From: a virus
DNA: 64,000 nucleotides
IMG/VR virus record: IMGVR_UViG_3300030422_000020
Reading direction: 5' to 3' (one strand)
The notes under the pieces were generated by a model, which was not told where the DNA came from, ran no database searches, and saw only the letters and a program-made list of their open reading frames with translations. Position 1 is the first letter of the stretch. Each line of letters opens with the position of its first letter. Below, in pieces: positions 46,560-56,416 of the stretch. Position numbers and translations under genes: made by a program.

Positions 46560-47950
46560 AGTCACATTACCGTCTATGGAATATATACTTTTCAAGCATG
46601 GTCTATATGCTCTTATCGAGTACGATGACATCTCAAAAGAAGAGCAAATTGAACGACTACTCGACTCTGGCCTGCCCATTCTGTCGATGACAGATTCTGG
46701 AAATAAATCTGTTCATACCATACAACAACACGCAATGATAATATATACTCCATAGACGGTGGTAGCTTACTAAAGTCCTCACCAGCTACCAGAGGGGTCA
46801 CTTATTTTAAATACCGTCCGCGCTGGCAGACCTTCCAACGCTACCGATTTTACGCAACGGTGTACGCTTAACAGTCCGCTTCCTCCGTTAAGACAAGGGG
46901 TAACATTACGCCGTTACCATGCGCCCAAGACTTGTCAGGTAGCTATCTCCATCGTAAACCTTGGGACTGAGCGTTGACGGAAAATGAAAACGTAAGTCAA
47001 ATAACTCACACGCAAGGAACAACCGTTAAACCAAAACAGAAAGGAGTCAAAACATTTTCCGTCTACGGAATCGTACCGTACCATCTGCGTTAGTGAAATC
47101 AACCAAAAGACTAACACAGAATCGAACCTCGCTTTGTCGGTCAAGCAAACCAACGCGAAAGATTGTCTCAGGCCTTCGCCTTACCTTCATAAAACGTAGT
47201 GGTAATTCGGTAACATAGGAAATGGAGCTGAGACACAGGGAGCGACCCCATATCTTTCCATCCCGACTTTACGTCAATCTATGGCTGGATTGGCTACCAA
47301 CAACTTTCACCCACCATTCAGCATATTAATCTTCTAATACAATCCAACTTTGGGCTACTCGTACTCGCGTCTGGTCTTATAGCTGATTACCAGCATCAAT
47401 TGGACAACTATCTTATGGCACTCCAAGCGATTGGCATAGCTGCCACACTACCCTCTACTTGGTTCAATGGAATATATTCCATATCTATTGCGATAGCAAC
47501 CAGTTAGCGATACCATTTTCTTGCGTTTCATCACAGCGCCGTGTCTGCTCGGTTGAGATTTTCCACCTCTTCTACCAGAAGCCAGTTACCTACATCTGGC
47601 AAAGCCTACCTATGGGGTATCCTCCATAGTGGGACTCCTCGAACACGCCCATGACCACGTGGAGTCGTGAATACACATGGTTGAAACAATCCTTCGCGTT
47701 GATTTCTCAACGCTGATACTCTATGTAAATATCAAGGTGCAACTGGAAACTTCCGTTTCTCTGTGTCAGATATTATAGCATCTAACTTTATCAGTTGCAA
47801 GAACTTTTTTGAACTTTTTCCATCTTCTTTTCTCAAGGTGCTCATCAGATTGATCTGCGATTTGTCCGCGTCTCTTTCTGACATCAACTATATTACATGG
47901 TGCCTATATCTATGTCAACAACTTTTTAGAAAATTTTGAAAACTTTTTTC
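46560..47950. ncRNA. candidate large structured non-coding RNA region (~1.4 kb, ORF-free, GC-elevated) adjacent to the tRNA array
   Basis: No ORF over 72 aa on either strand. Composition is visibly more G+C-rich than the flanks. Long-range complementary segments are present (ACCGTCTATGGA 46569-46580 pairs with TCCATAGACGGT 46749-46760), along with tRNA-T-arm-like GAATCGAACC at 47120. Confidence 0.3.
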
Positions 47951-47987
47951 GTAGCAGTCCGCATTGCATCAGCGGACTAAATATGTA

Positions 47988-48329
47988 TCAACAAACATAA
48001 GCAATGATATTATAGCAGATATTTGCAATGGTAAAAAATATAGAACACCTAAAATCTTCCGTCAATTTAAACTGCACATCACAAACGCTGTCAAAAGAGA
48101 AATTTGAAATAGTAGTTTTAAAGCGATCATTCCGTCTGATTATCACTCTATCGTCCTCTAGAGAAGCTGTGACATTTTTTTCAGAAGACCTTAAAATAAA
48201 TGTATATGGTCTTGCTATATATGTATCTATACTTACCGATTCAAACTCTATCTTGTCTTCGAGAACACGTTTAAGCTCGGTCTTATCGCCATTGGAAAAT
48301 CCGTATTTACTATAGTCGAACATATGCAA
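47988..48329 (-). CDS. hypothetical protein (113 aa)
   Basis: ORF followed by the hairpin CAGTCCGC..GCGGACT at 47940-47975. Confidence 0.4.
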   Translation of the reverse strand: MHMFDYSKYGFSNGDKTELKRVLEDKIEFESVSIDTYIARPYTFILRSSEKNVTASLEDDRVIIRRNDRFKTTISNFSFDSVCDVQFKLTEDFRCSIFFTIANICYNIIAYVC

Positions 48330-48438
48330 ATGCTCCTCTCAAGAAGTGTGTTGTGAAATATTTAGAATATAGCAATACTTCACAACACTAAGATATTAGC
48401 ACCAAACCATATCATTTGCATCATATAAAATATTCCAT

Positions 48439-49380
48439 CTAAGAAGAGAAAATATCTATATGCCCTTTGACCATTTCCCTAAAGTTCCGCACTGGCGTAT
48501 CGCACATGCTGCGCTTCAATTCATCTGAAATTATTCCATTCACTTTTCTATCCTTGTTATTGTCCGCAAAGGCATCTTTGATATTTATTCCACACTTGTC
48601 TAATTCCAATGTTATCCTATGCATTATTCCACTCACATATATCTGTAGCGGCAACAGATTATATCCAACATAGTTCTTAGATATATTCCGCAACAGCCTG
48701 TAGTAGCTGAACCTATAAGAATATTCCGAACTGCCTTTGCGATTCTCCACCTTGAAACAGCTGTCTTCATGCAATCCGACTATTGGTATCTTGCATGTCC
48801 CATACCTGTTCCGTCTTTCCCATATATCAATTTCGCTCAGCTTAATCAAATCATCGGCTAATTTTTCCGATATAGATATATCATACGGCTCACCATTATC
48901 GGGCTTTAACGTTGCTCCATCCCACCATATATTTTCCGCTCTAAGGTTCTTCACAACGCTCATATCATCGTTATAGATACCTTCATATAGGCTTCTAAAT
49001 AGTGTCTGTATATAGAATCCGTTATAGTCCTCATACATTCCTATATCATGGTATATCTTTTCAAACTGCGCATTGGAAATAAATTTCTTAGAAGCATTTG
49101 GTTTGGCTAATGACCAAAGAATATTCCGATCCAAGTCATTCAACATATATTCCATATCTTTATTGTCAAGATATTTGGCATACAAACCAAGGATATATAT
49201 AATAGTCGTTATAGCCTTTGGGCTATTAGGATTCATTCCTAATATAATATTTTGCAAATCAACAGGTGTGCAATTTGAATAATCATATTCGCCTATAACA
49301 CATAATGATTTAGCCACCTTTGCCGTGTTATCGGAATCAAATGTCTGTATAAAGTCATCAAAATTTTTCCGCAAAGACAA
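48439..49380 (-). CDS. hypothetical protein (313 aa)
   Basis: Long ORF. No recognisable motif. Confidence 0.45.
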   Translation of the reverse strand: MSLRKNFDDFIQTFDSDNTAKVAKSLCVIGEYDYSNCTPVDLQNIILGMNPNSPKAITTIIYILGLYAKYLDNKDMEYMLNDLDRNILWSLAKPNASKKFISNAQFEKIYHDIGMYEDYNGFYIQTLFRSLYEGIYNDDMSVVKNLRAENIWWDGATLKPDNGEPYDISISEKLADDLIKLSEIDIWERRNRYGTCKIPIVGLHEDSCFKVENRKGSSEYSYRFSYYRLLRNISKNYVGYNLLPLQIYVSGIMHRITLELDKCGINIKDAFADNNKDRKVNGIISDELKRSMCDTPVRNFREMVKGHIDIFSS

Positions 49381-49482
49381 GCGCTCCCTTCTCTTAGTTT
49401 TGTTTTACCACTCCAACACTCTTCAATATCTAAGATTATAATAAACAAAGGCGACTGTCAAAAAACAACCGCCTTATATCAA

Positions 49483-49677
49483 TTACTTTGCGTATGCCGC
49501 TACTGAAATTTTTCCGTATAACTGTTCAGCCTTGCTCACATAGTAATCAAGATTTTCCATCTTCTTGACTATAGTTTTATTATCAACGCCACTCTCAATA
49601 TCTTTCCAGTACAAATCCCAGTCAAATACCATGTTGGTAATGTCTTTTTTCCGACCAAACAGACCCATGATACTCAC
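49483..49677 (-). CDS. hypothetical protein (64 aa)
   Basis: Small ORF directly downstream of the recombinase gene. Confidence 0.3.
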   Translation of the reverse strand: MSIMGLFGRKKDITNMVFDWDLYWKDIESGVDNKTIVKKMENLDYYVSKAEQLYGKISVAAYAK

Positions 49678-49683
49678 CTTTCA

Positions 49684-50493
49684 TTAAATAAAATCATAAC
49701 CAAGCTCAAGACTGTCGAACACGTCTTTGATTTCATCATCCATAATGCCGATGTATTTTCGTGTAGTAGCTACGCTGCTATGATTGAACACATAGCTTAG
49801 AATGACAAGCGCCTTATCCTTATCTTCCGCATCGTGCCATGCCCTAAAGCCGAATGATTTCCTCAAGGAATGGCTACCGATATTCTGGTTAATCCCAGCT
49901 TCCTTAGCTGCGTTCTTGATAATACGCCAAAGAGTAGTAGCTGCAATAGCGCCGTCACCCTCACGGGATTTAAACATATACTCGTTTAAATTATCCGCAG
50001 GGAACTCATTAAGGTGCTCTACAATAACTTTCTTCACGGTGTTATTAAAGAACAACTTGACAAACTTCTTCTGCTTACGTGTTTTTTTAGGTTGCAAAGT
50101 ATAGAAGTCCTTAAACTTATACTCCCCGTCCTCAACACCGTCCAAGAAGAAACTCCATTTAAGCGTAATCAAATCGCTTGCACGCAGACCGACATTGATA
50201 CCAATAACGAACAGCAGCTTGTTCCGACTGGCAAGCTGACGATGGTGTTCATCGGTAGCTTCATTGATATGCTTGTCAAACACATCAATCATAGACTTAA
50301 TCTCTTCATCGGTACGGAAAGCATACACCTCAGAAGATACACCAGCAGGCTTTAATCCACCGCTATTATCACGAGCCTTCGGACTTTTAGGCTTAACATC
50401 TTTAGTGCCAATGATAACACTAAACGGAATGATATTGTTCTGCTGCTTTTCTTCCACAACAACTGGCGCAAATGCTGGACTAGCCATTATCAA
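49684..50493 (-). CDS. small tyrosine recombinase (catalytic domain only, 269 aa)
   Basis: GINVGLRASDLITLKW (box I Arg), GSHSLRKSFGF (H-x-x-R) and HSSVATTRKYIG (the catalytic Tyr region). Confidence 0.7.
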   Translation of the reverse strand: MIMASPAFAPVVVEEKQQNNIIPFSVIIGTKDVKPKSPKARDNSGGLKPAGVSSEVYAFRTDEEIKSMIDVFDKHINEATDEHHRQLASRNKLLFVIGINVGLRASDLITLKWSFFLDGVEDGEYKFKDFYTLQPKKTRKQKKFVKLFFNNTVKKVIVEHLNEFPADNLNEYMFKSREGDGAIAATTLWRIIKNAAKEAGINQNIGSHSLRKSFGFRAWHDAEDKDKALVILSYVFNHSSVATTRKYIGIMDDEIKDVFDSLELGYDFI

Positions 50494-50585
50494 TCCCTTC
50501 CTCTCGTCTTTCTTTACTATATTCTACCTTATATCAATGTAGTTATCAAGTAGTTAGCTCATATTTTTGCAGTCAATTTTGAAAA

Positions 50586-50616
50586 TAAAAAAGGGTGGAA
50601 CTATAAATGTTCCACC
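50586..50616 (-). terminator. rho-independent terminator
   Basis: GGGTGGAAC-tataaat-GTTCCACCC with a flanking A-run (a T-run on the minus strand). Confidence 0.6.
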
Positions 50617-50643
50617 CGTCTATTATAACCTATATACAAGGTA

Positions 50644-50862
50644 TTATTCTTCTAAATCAAGATCCAACTTATTCTTTTCAAACTTAATACGAAACTCACC
50701 ATTCGCAAATTGTCGCATAAGAATCTCTAGCACCGTATTCATAGAGAAACCAACCTGTTTGCAATAGGCACTGAAAGCGTCTTTAACATCCTTGTCGATG
50801 GTTGTATTGAGTACAACCTTATTGTTTTCCACCATGCTAATCCCAGTCCTCGTCACGTACAC
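50644..50862 (-). CDS. ribbon-helix-helix (CopG/Arc-like) DNA-binding protein
   Basis: VVLNTTIDKDVKDAFSAYCKQVGFSMNTVLEILMRQF shows the beta-alpha-alpha pattern. It is a paralog of 51592-51801. Confidence 0.5.
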   Translation of the reverse strand: MYVTRTGISMVENNKVVLNTTIDKDVKDAFSAYCKQVGFSMNTVLEILMRQFANGEFRIKFEKNKLDLDLEE

Positions 50863-51049
50863 GGGTCGATTTCACAGCTACAAAATCATCGCACCACGAA
50901 TCATCATCCAAGTATACAATCTCCCACTCATGCGCCTTGCAATAGCCTGCTTCATCGTCCTGCACCTCAAAGCCATTATCAAACGGCTCGCAATTACGAC
51001 AGTTAGCGCAGCAGCGTGGATGAATCTTAGACATTTTTTCTCCTAACAA
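50837..51049 (-). CDS. hypothetical Cys-rich protein (70 aa)
   Basis: CCANCRNC...CKAHEW. Confidence 0.3.
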   Translation of the reverse strand: MLGEKMSKIHPRCCANCRNCEPFDNGFEVQDDEAGYCKAHEWEIVYLDDDSWCDDFVAVKSTRVRDEDWD

Positions 51050-51391
51050 TTAGTACAAATCAAACTCACGAATGAAATAACATGAATTATTATATGGATA
51101 TTCCTCGTCATATGGCACATGCCACTCTATATATTCTCCACCATATCCGTTCTCGACCTGCTTTATATAGCCGCAATCATCAAGATATTTAGCGGCATCA
51201 TCATAGCTGGAAAAGATTCTATCTATGTCTTGATAGTTATCATCATACTCTTCTCCATTATCATACCATACAACATATACCTTGTCTTTAACTGTTTGCG
51301 CCATCTTGGCAAACACATCGTCAACCTTTTCCGTTACCTCTTGTGGAATAGCAGTCGGCTCTTCCATGGTAACAAACCCAACGTTACTCAT
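51050..51391 (-). CDS. acidic hypothetical protein (113 aa)
   Basis: ORF in the array. Confidence 0.35.
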   Translation of the reverse strand: MSNVGFVTMEEPTAIPQEVTEKVDDVFAKMAQTVKDKVYVVWYDNGEEYDDNYQDIDRIFSSYDDAAKYLDDCGYIKQVENGYGGEYIEWHVPYDEEYPYNNSCYFIREFDLY

Positions 51392-51591
51392 AATTTTCCA
51401 ACCTAACTATATATATGGATAAACTCTAAAACAAGCAATGTCGTACAAAAAATAAAACAAAAGATTATAATTTTCCAGTCATCGCTATTCATACCCACGG
51501 TCTATCCTTTCTTCCGACTATCAACATACATGATACTACTTATCATATAGTTGTCAAGTAGATATTTCAAACAAAAAAGACTAGCTAAATG

Positions 51592-51801
51592 CTAGTCTTT
51601 AATATCAATCTTATTGCTCTTGCCTATCTTTAACACAAACTCGCCTGATACAAACTGTACCATGAACGTCTCCAATACCGTGTTCATAGGCATCCCAGCG
51701 CTTTTACAATGGGCTTTAAAGCTATCTAAAACGTCTTTGTTTATTGTCGTATTAAGCATGGCGCGTTCATTTTTCTGGACATTTACTTTCATACTTGACA
51801 T
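51592..51801 (-). CDS. ribbon-helix-helix DNA-binding protein (paralog of 50644-50862)
   Basis: AMLNTTINKDVLDSFKAHCKSAGMPMNTVLETFMVQF. Confidence 0.5.
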   Translation of the reverse strand: MSSMKVNVQKNERAMLNTTINKDVLDSFKAHCKSAGMPMNTVLETFMVQFVSGEFVLKIGKSNKIDIKD

Positions 51802-51941
51802 ACATAAGCACTCCTTTATATGTTACATTAGTCTAACTATATTGTATTGCATATAAAAGTAGTTATCAAGTAGATAAGAAAGCAGGGCTTAAACAGCCCT
51901 GCTAAAACGTTTTACTTTTCCGTATAAGACACGATTAAAAA

Positions 51942-52355
51942 CTAATCGTCATACTCACCATACTTGCCATTAAGCCAGTCATTAGTGGTCTTTAGCATCT
52001 GTCCAAACGTCCAATAATAAGCGCCCTCGACATATTTATTCGTGAGAACGTTGTTAATAATATCGTTCTTAGTGATAGCAAAATCGACCAGCTCGTCAAA
52101 TGAACCGTTACCATCATAGACATAGTAAGTAACCACAAACAATTCATCATCAGACAACATCATTTCATTTGTCTGTAAAGAATCAGTATACCAATCATTA
52201 CCCTTTGGATCAAGGGCAGAAGCCACGCACTCATGCTCGCCAGCACAATGCTCACTGTCAGCTACATAGACAATATCCTCAAGAACATCCTCAATCGTAT
52301 CGTCATAAGCCCAATAATCAGCATCTTCCATACTCTTGCAAATCGCAGTCAGCAT
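51942..52355 (-). CDS. acidic hypothetical protein (137 aa)
   Basis: ORF in the array. Confidence 0.35.
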   Translation of the reverse strand: MLTAICKSMEDADYWAYDDTIEDVLEDIVYVADSEHCAGEHECVASALDPKGNDWYTDSLQTNEMMLSDDELFVVTYYVYDGNGSFDELVDFAITKNDIINNVLTNKYVEGAYYWTFGQMLKTTNDWLNGKYGEYDD

Positions 52356-52527
52356 ATTATACTCCTTTTATGCGGACACTAATAAACCTGCGATAGATTA
52401 TTGCACATATTGAGCAGCGCGTCAAGGTGCCTTTGTATATCTTCTTTGAGCTTTTCTAAATCGGACTCATTCTTAATAACAAAGGCACCTTGTTTATTAT
52501 TCCAAGTGCAATACGCCGTATCACCCA

Positions 52528-53478
52528 TTAGCACTCATGCTCGGGAATATCGGGAGTAATACAAGGCTCACTGTGCATATGGTAAAGCATTGTATCATCA
52601 TCCAACACACGCTCAACATCACCATACTGAAATGCTGCAAACGCACTACGGTTGAACTCATTGTATTCGTCTGAAATCTGCTCATGCTTAATCACATTAC
52701 CGTCAGCATCAAGCAGATAGCAATTGAAAAGCTCGCCGTCCTCGTCATAGTCACTGAATACAGCGACAACCATTCCATTCTCATACTTCACAGCATAGTC
52801 ATAAGGCGTGAAATCTTCTGAAATAGTCTGTACACAATTATCAATAAAGCCATACTGATAACTGTTGTCGCCTACAAAATTGTAGTTATCATCAATATTA
52901 ACGCAAGAAAGCATGATAAGCATGAAATAAATCAGCGCGGATACGCAACGAAAATCATCTTTGATATATCCATCATACCAATCGTCCCAGTTGTTAGGCG
53001 TGAACGACACATAACCATCGTGAGAAGTATACTTCTTCTCAAGAAACTCCTCAAAGTTATCACGGTTCATGGCGGCATAGCCAAGCATATACTCACACAA
53101 TTTATCCGTATATGCAAAATCAAACAGGGTCGAATCAGTCTCAAAATTATACCACTTCGGATGATACGTACCAGTATACGTCACTTCAAAATCATCATCA
53201 TAATCAGACGGGAAAACATCCGTCCAAAGGGCATCGTTGATATAATCCACAGCGCACTTACCGATTTCATCATCAGCCTTGTCGCGCATGTCATACGGGA
53301 TACCTCCCCAAAGCTCTCCAAGATAAGTCTCGTAAAGCCCAGTGCAGATAAAGTTTCCAATGCAAGTAGTGGAAGTATGAATCGTATGGGTCATAGTCTC
53401 TTTCATCGTAGTACCTTTCTCTAAGGTTCTTTCTCTTTCATTGACTAATAGTATATATAGTTGGTAACTACATGTCAA
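52528..53478 (-). CDS. ArdA-like antirestriction (DNA-mimic) protein with C-terminal extension
   Basis: GNFICTGLYETYLGELWGGIPYD parallels Tn916 ArdA ANLGKYNEGELVGAWFTFP. YMLGYAAMNRD..GYVSFTPNN parallels YIDYQAYGRDL..GTFISTNHG. Very acidic, Asp/Tyr-rich. This rests on my recollection of the ArdA sequence. Confidence 0.4.
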   Translation of the reverse strand: MTCSYQLYILLVNERERTLEKGTTMKETMTHTIHTSTTCIGNFICTGLYETYLGELWGGIPYDMRDKADDEIGKCAVDYINDALWTDVFPSDYDDDFEVTYTGTYHPKWYNFETDSTLFDFAYTDKLCEYMLGYAAMNRDNFEEFLEKKYTSHDGYVSFTPNNWDDWYDGYIKDDFRCVSALIYFMLIMLSCVNIDDNYNFVGDNSYQYGFIDNCVQTISEDFTPYDYAVKYENGMVVAVFSDYDEDGELFNCYLLDADGNVIKHEQISDEYNEFNRSAFAAFQYGDVERVLDDDTMLYHMHSEPCITPDIPEHEC

Positions 53479-53621
53479 CTATATTTCAAGTTCATATTTC
53501 CTCCACAAAAAATATCACGCCTTATAGACGGCAACACAATGAAAGGAAAGAAAGTGAGAAAAGGCGTGGGATAGTGTTGCCGCCTATGAGACGTGATATT
53601 ATATATTCCAACATGGCAAGG

Positions 53622-53849
53622 CTATAGGTTGCACCAAAAGTCATCTTCGGTAAACTCTGTACCTTGGTAAAGATTATACATCAGCCAATCTGGAATATCC
53701 GTAGGGTATGTCGCGCTTGCCAAAACATTACGTTCAGTAGCAATCATCGGCGGCAATGCGTCTTGATTGTAATAAAAATCAGTATATAGCTTGTCTTTAA
53801 GCTCATACATTTCATCATCACTAAGCTGCTCAATCTTCATGGCAACCAC
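53622..53849 (-). CDS. hypothetical protein (75 aa)
   Basis: ORF in the array. Confidence 0.3.
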   Translation of the reverse strand: MVAMKIEQLSDDEMYELKDKLYTDFYYNQDALPPMIATERNVLASATYPTDIPDWLMYNLYQGTEFTEDDFWCNL

Positions 53850-53883
53850 CTTTCTAAGCTATTGTAATACGATTTAAGACACG

Positions 53884-54246
53884 CTAATCCCAAGCGCGTG
53901 TACCGAACTCAACCTTATCCCAGCCACCCATTAAAAAGGCGTACATCCATCCATCAACGATAAAACACGCCTTCATCGGGTTGCTCTTATGGTCTTTCGC
54001 TTCATCCTCGTAATAAACATTTACGATATTCACGATACCCATACTTTGCAAATGCAACAGTGCCTTGCGTACATTGCTGCATAGCTTTTCATCGCCAATA
54101 GCTTTTGCAAGCTCGCTATACGTACCCTCGAAAACATCCATCTTCATAAGGTAATCCATGATACGTACTTCTTGTTTGGTCAACTCACGAAACTTACGCA
54201 TAAGGGTATAAGTCTCGTCATAGTTAAAGCCCATAGTATCAGCCAA
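53884..54246 (-). CDS. putative winged-helix DNA-binding protein (120 aa)
   Basis: TYSELAKAIGDEKLCSNVRKALLHLQSMGIV is HTH-like. Confidence 0.35.
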   Translation of the reverse strand: MADTMGFNYDETYTLMRKFRELTKQEVRIMDYLMKMDVFEGTYSELAKAIGDEKLCSNVRKALLHLQSMGIVNIVNVYYEDEAKDHKSNPMKACFIVDGWMYAFLMGGWDKVEFGTRAWD

Positions 54247-54271
54247 TGTTATATTCTTTCAATTAGAGTTA

Positions 54272-54688
54272 CTAGAACTCACGGTTGCGTTTGCCTTTAA
54301 GAAAATCAATCTGCTTATTATTCAAGCCATCAAACTTAGATTCATCCAAATGATAATTTGGATGCTGATAAACGACAACCTTGTCAATGGTAATCTTCAC
54401 AATATTTCCATCAAGAATACTAGGGCCGCCAATGGAGCGACTGTTATTAATCAACAAAGGAATCTTAAAGTTGCCACAACTGCGGCTAACGTAACCAATA
54501 GTATCAAAGAACTCGCACCAGTCGCGTCCAGTTTCAGTATCTCCATAGAAAACACGAATACGCTCATGGTTCTTCATTGCGCCATCAAGAATCTGAATGA
54601 CCCTATCGGGCGTATCAAACCAATACCAAGTATCATTGTAGACCTTGTAACGCTTACCATCACATTCTTTAACCTGAATGTCCATCAC
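54272..54688 (-). CDS. hypothetical protein (138 aa)
   Basis: ORF in the array. Confidence 0.35.
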   Translation of the reverse strand: MMDIQVKECDGKRYKVYNDTWYWFDTPDRVIQILDGAMKNHERIRVFYGDTETGRDWCEFFDTIGYVSRSCGNFKIPLLINNSRSIGGPSILDGNIVKITIDKVVVYQHPNYHLDESKFDGLNNKQIDFLKGKRNREF

Positions 54689-54828
54689 AGTTCCTTTCTC
54701 GTCTGCTCTTTCCTTGTCTATATAATATCAAAGATTTATTCCATATAGACGAGAACCTTTACCTTCACAACATCAACACAATTAACTACGTGTTTCAATT
54801 GTCTGATTTTTTCCGACAACCGAAACAA

Positions 54829-54856
54829 AAAAGCGCCCCATAACAGGGGCGCTTAG
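54829..54856 (-). terminator. rho-independent terminator
   Basis: GCGCCCC-ataaca-GGGGCGC with a flanking A-run. Confidence 0.6.
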
Positions 54857-54862
54857 ATTGAG

Positions 54863-55606
54863 CTATCGTCTAACTGGCATAACCATTCCGAAACAGCTAC
54901 GCTCATTCTTATAATCGCTTGTCATAAACTCCATAGCGCGTCCCTCAAGACCCATCATAATCTGAATAGGCGTGCTTTTTCCGTATGCAAGTTTCACAGC
55001 AGCGCAAATATCAGCCATATAATCAGCGTTTACCCATGCGCTATATCCTTGATGAACGGTTCCGTCATTATCGCGTTGCGATTCAATGATGCGTTTATAG
55101 TCGATATACTCCCATCCAAACTTAGATAGATTATCAAACCCGACAACATCACGCAACCAATTATCAGACTTTTTCTGTTGATAGATATGCGCTGTTAAAT
55201 TATCTGCATCACCATCATAGTCAATAGTCACGCAACTATCAGTTGACTTTACATACTTCTTTACATCTTCAACATAGAGAAGGAAATCGGCGTTATGCTT
55301 TTCTGAAACATCGGCGGCATCGTAATTAACCTTATGCTCAAACTCGATCAGCTTATACCCATCACTGCCGACAATCGTATATTTGTCGTAGCGAACTTTG
55401 ATAAGCAGACACTTGCACCAGCTACGAATCTGGTCTTTATCATAGGCAAGACGAGCAGCTGCCAAAAGTTCTTTTGCATCCAAAGTAACGAGCATTGCAA
55501 TTCCTTCCGTCTGGTTTGCTCCATGGTTTAATAGTATCACGATTATGGCTACAACATATTTTCTCCATATAGTTTTCCACAAAAGAAAAGGGGAGCACAT
55601 ATGCAC
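54863..55606 (-). CDS. hypothetical protein (likely start at MLVTLDAKE ~55498)
   Basis: The ORF's first 36 codons look non-genuine. AGACGGAAGGAATTGCA precedes the internal ATG. Confidence 0.4.
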   Translation of the reverse strand: MHMCSPFLLWKTIWRKYVVAIIVILLNHGANQTEGIAMLVTLDAKELLAAARLAYDKDQIRSWCKCLLIKVRYDKYTIVGSDGYKLIEFEHKVNYDAADVSEKHNADFLLYVEDVKKYVKSTDSCVTIDYDGDADNLTAHIYQQKKSDNWLRDVVGFDNLSKFGWEYIDYKRIIESQRDNDGTVHQGYSAWVNADYMADICAAVKLAYGKSTPIQIMMGLEGRAMEFMTSDYKNERSCFGMVMPVRR

Positions 55607-55783
55607 TCCCCTAATCCGCCTGAAAGAACCACCAATCAGACACCAACCACATTCATACCAACACCAAACAAAAGGCGGTATGCAACATAAAAGCTAGTTC
55701 GTTTTTGTTCCGTATCATTTATGTTGTACCAACATTGTAATAAGCTGATGCGTAGCTGTCAAGTAGTTTTCAAAACTTTTCCG

Positions 55784-56284
55784 CTAATTTTTAGCGCCGA
55801 TATACCCAAGGTTGACAAGCGTATTGTGCATACTACGGTAGCGATGCACATTTACGTAGCTCGACACAGCACCATAAGGACTAAGCCCCTTGTATTGATT
55901 TTTTTGAGGGAAATATTCCACCACGGTATCACGCTTGTACACGATAGTCTTTTTACGATTGATTGTCATACCATAGGGATGGAACACAAACGTGTTATTA
56001 TCTTCCGTGTGAACAATCACGTTAGTTCTCAACAAATCAAACACATCTTTAATACGATGCTCCGTAATATAGAGATACCCAGCGATACTATCATCCGTTG
56101 ACTTAAAGCGATACCACGTCTTTTGATTCTTCACAATAGGTACGTCGTACTCAACATCACCGATGAACCTGTATCCCTGCTTGCACTTTTTCCGAATCTC
56201 GTCAACATCAGAATAGTCAGCGACCCAAATGTTACCATCGACAAACATATGAAACCTTTCCGTCTCGTGGTTTTCTTTATCCAA
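55784..56284 (-). CDS. hypothetical protein (166 aa)
   Basis: ORF downstream of the triple operator. Confidence 0.4.
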   Translation of the reverse strand: MDKENHETERFHMFVDGNIWVADYSDVDEIRKKCKQGYRFIGDVEYDVPIVKNQKTWYRFKSTDDSIAGYLYITEHRIKDVFDLLRTNVIVHTEDNNTFVFHPYGMTINRKKTIVYKRDTVVEYFPQKNQYKGLSPYGAVSSYVNVHRYRSMHNTLVNLGYIGAKN

Positions 56285-56416
56285 AGTATATCACATGCGT
56301 TTAAAGGCATCGAAATCGACCCCTTTAAATCTAGCAATCCACTTTATCTCCATAATTATATATTCCATCTTGCTAGATATTCCACAAATGATAACAAAGT
56401 GTGTAGTATCTTTAGG

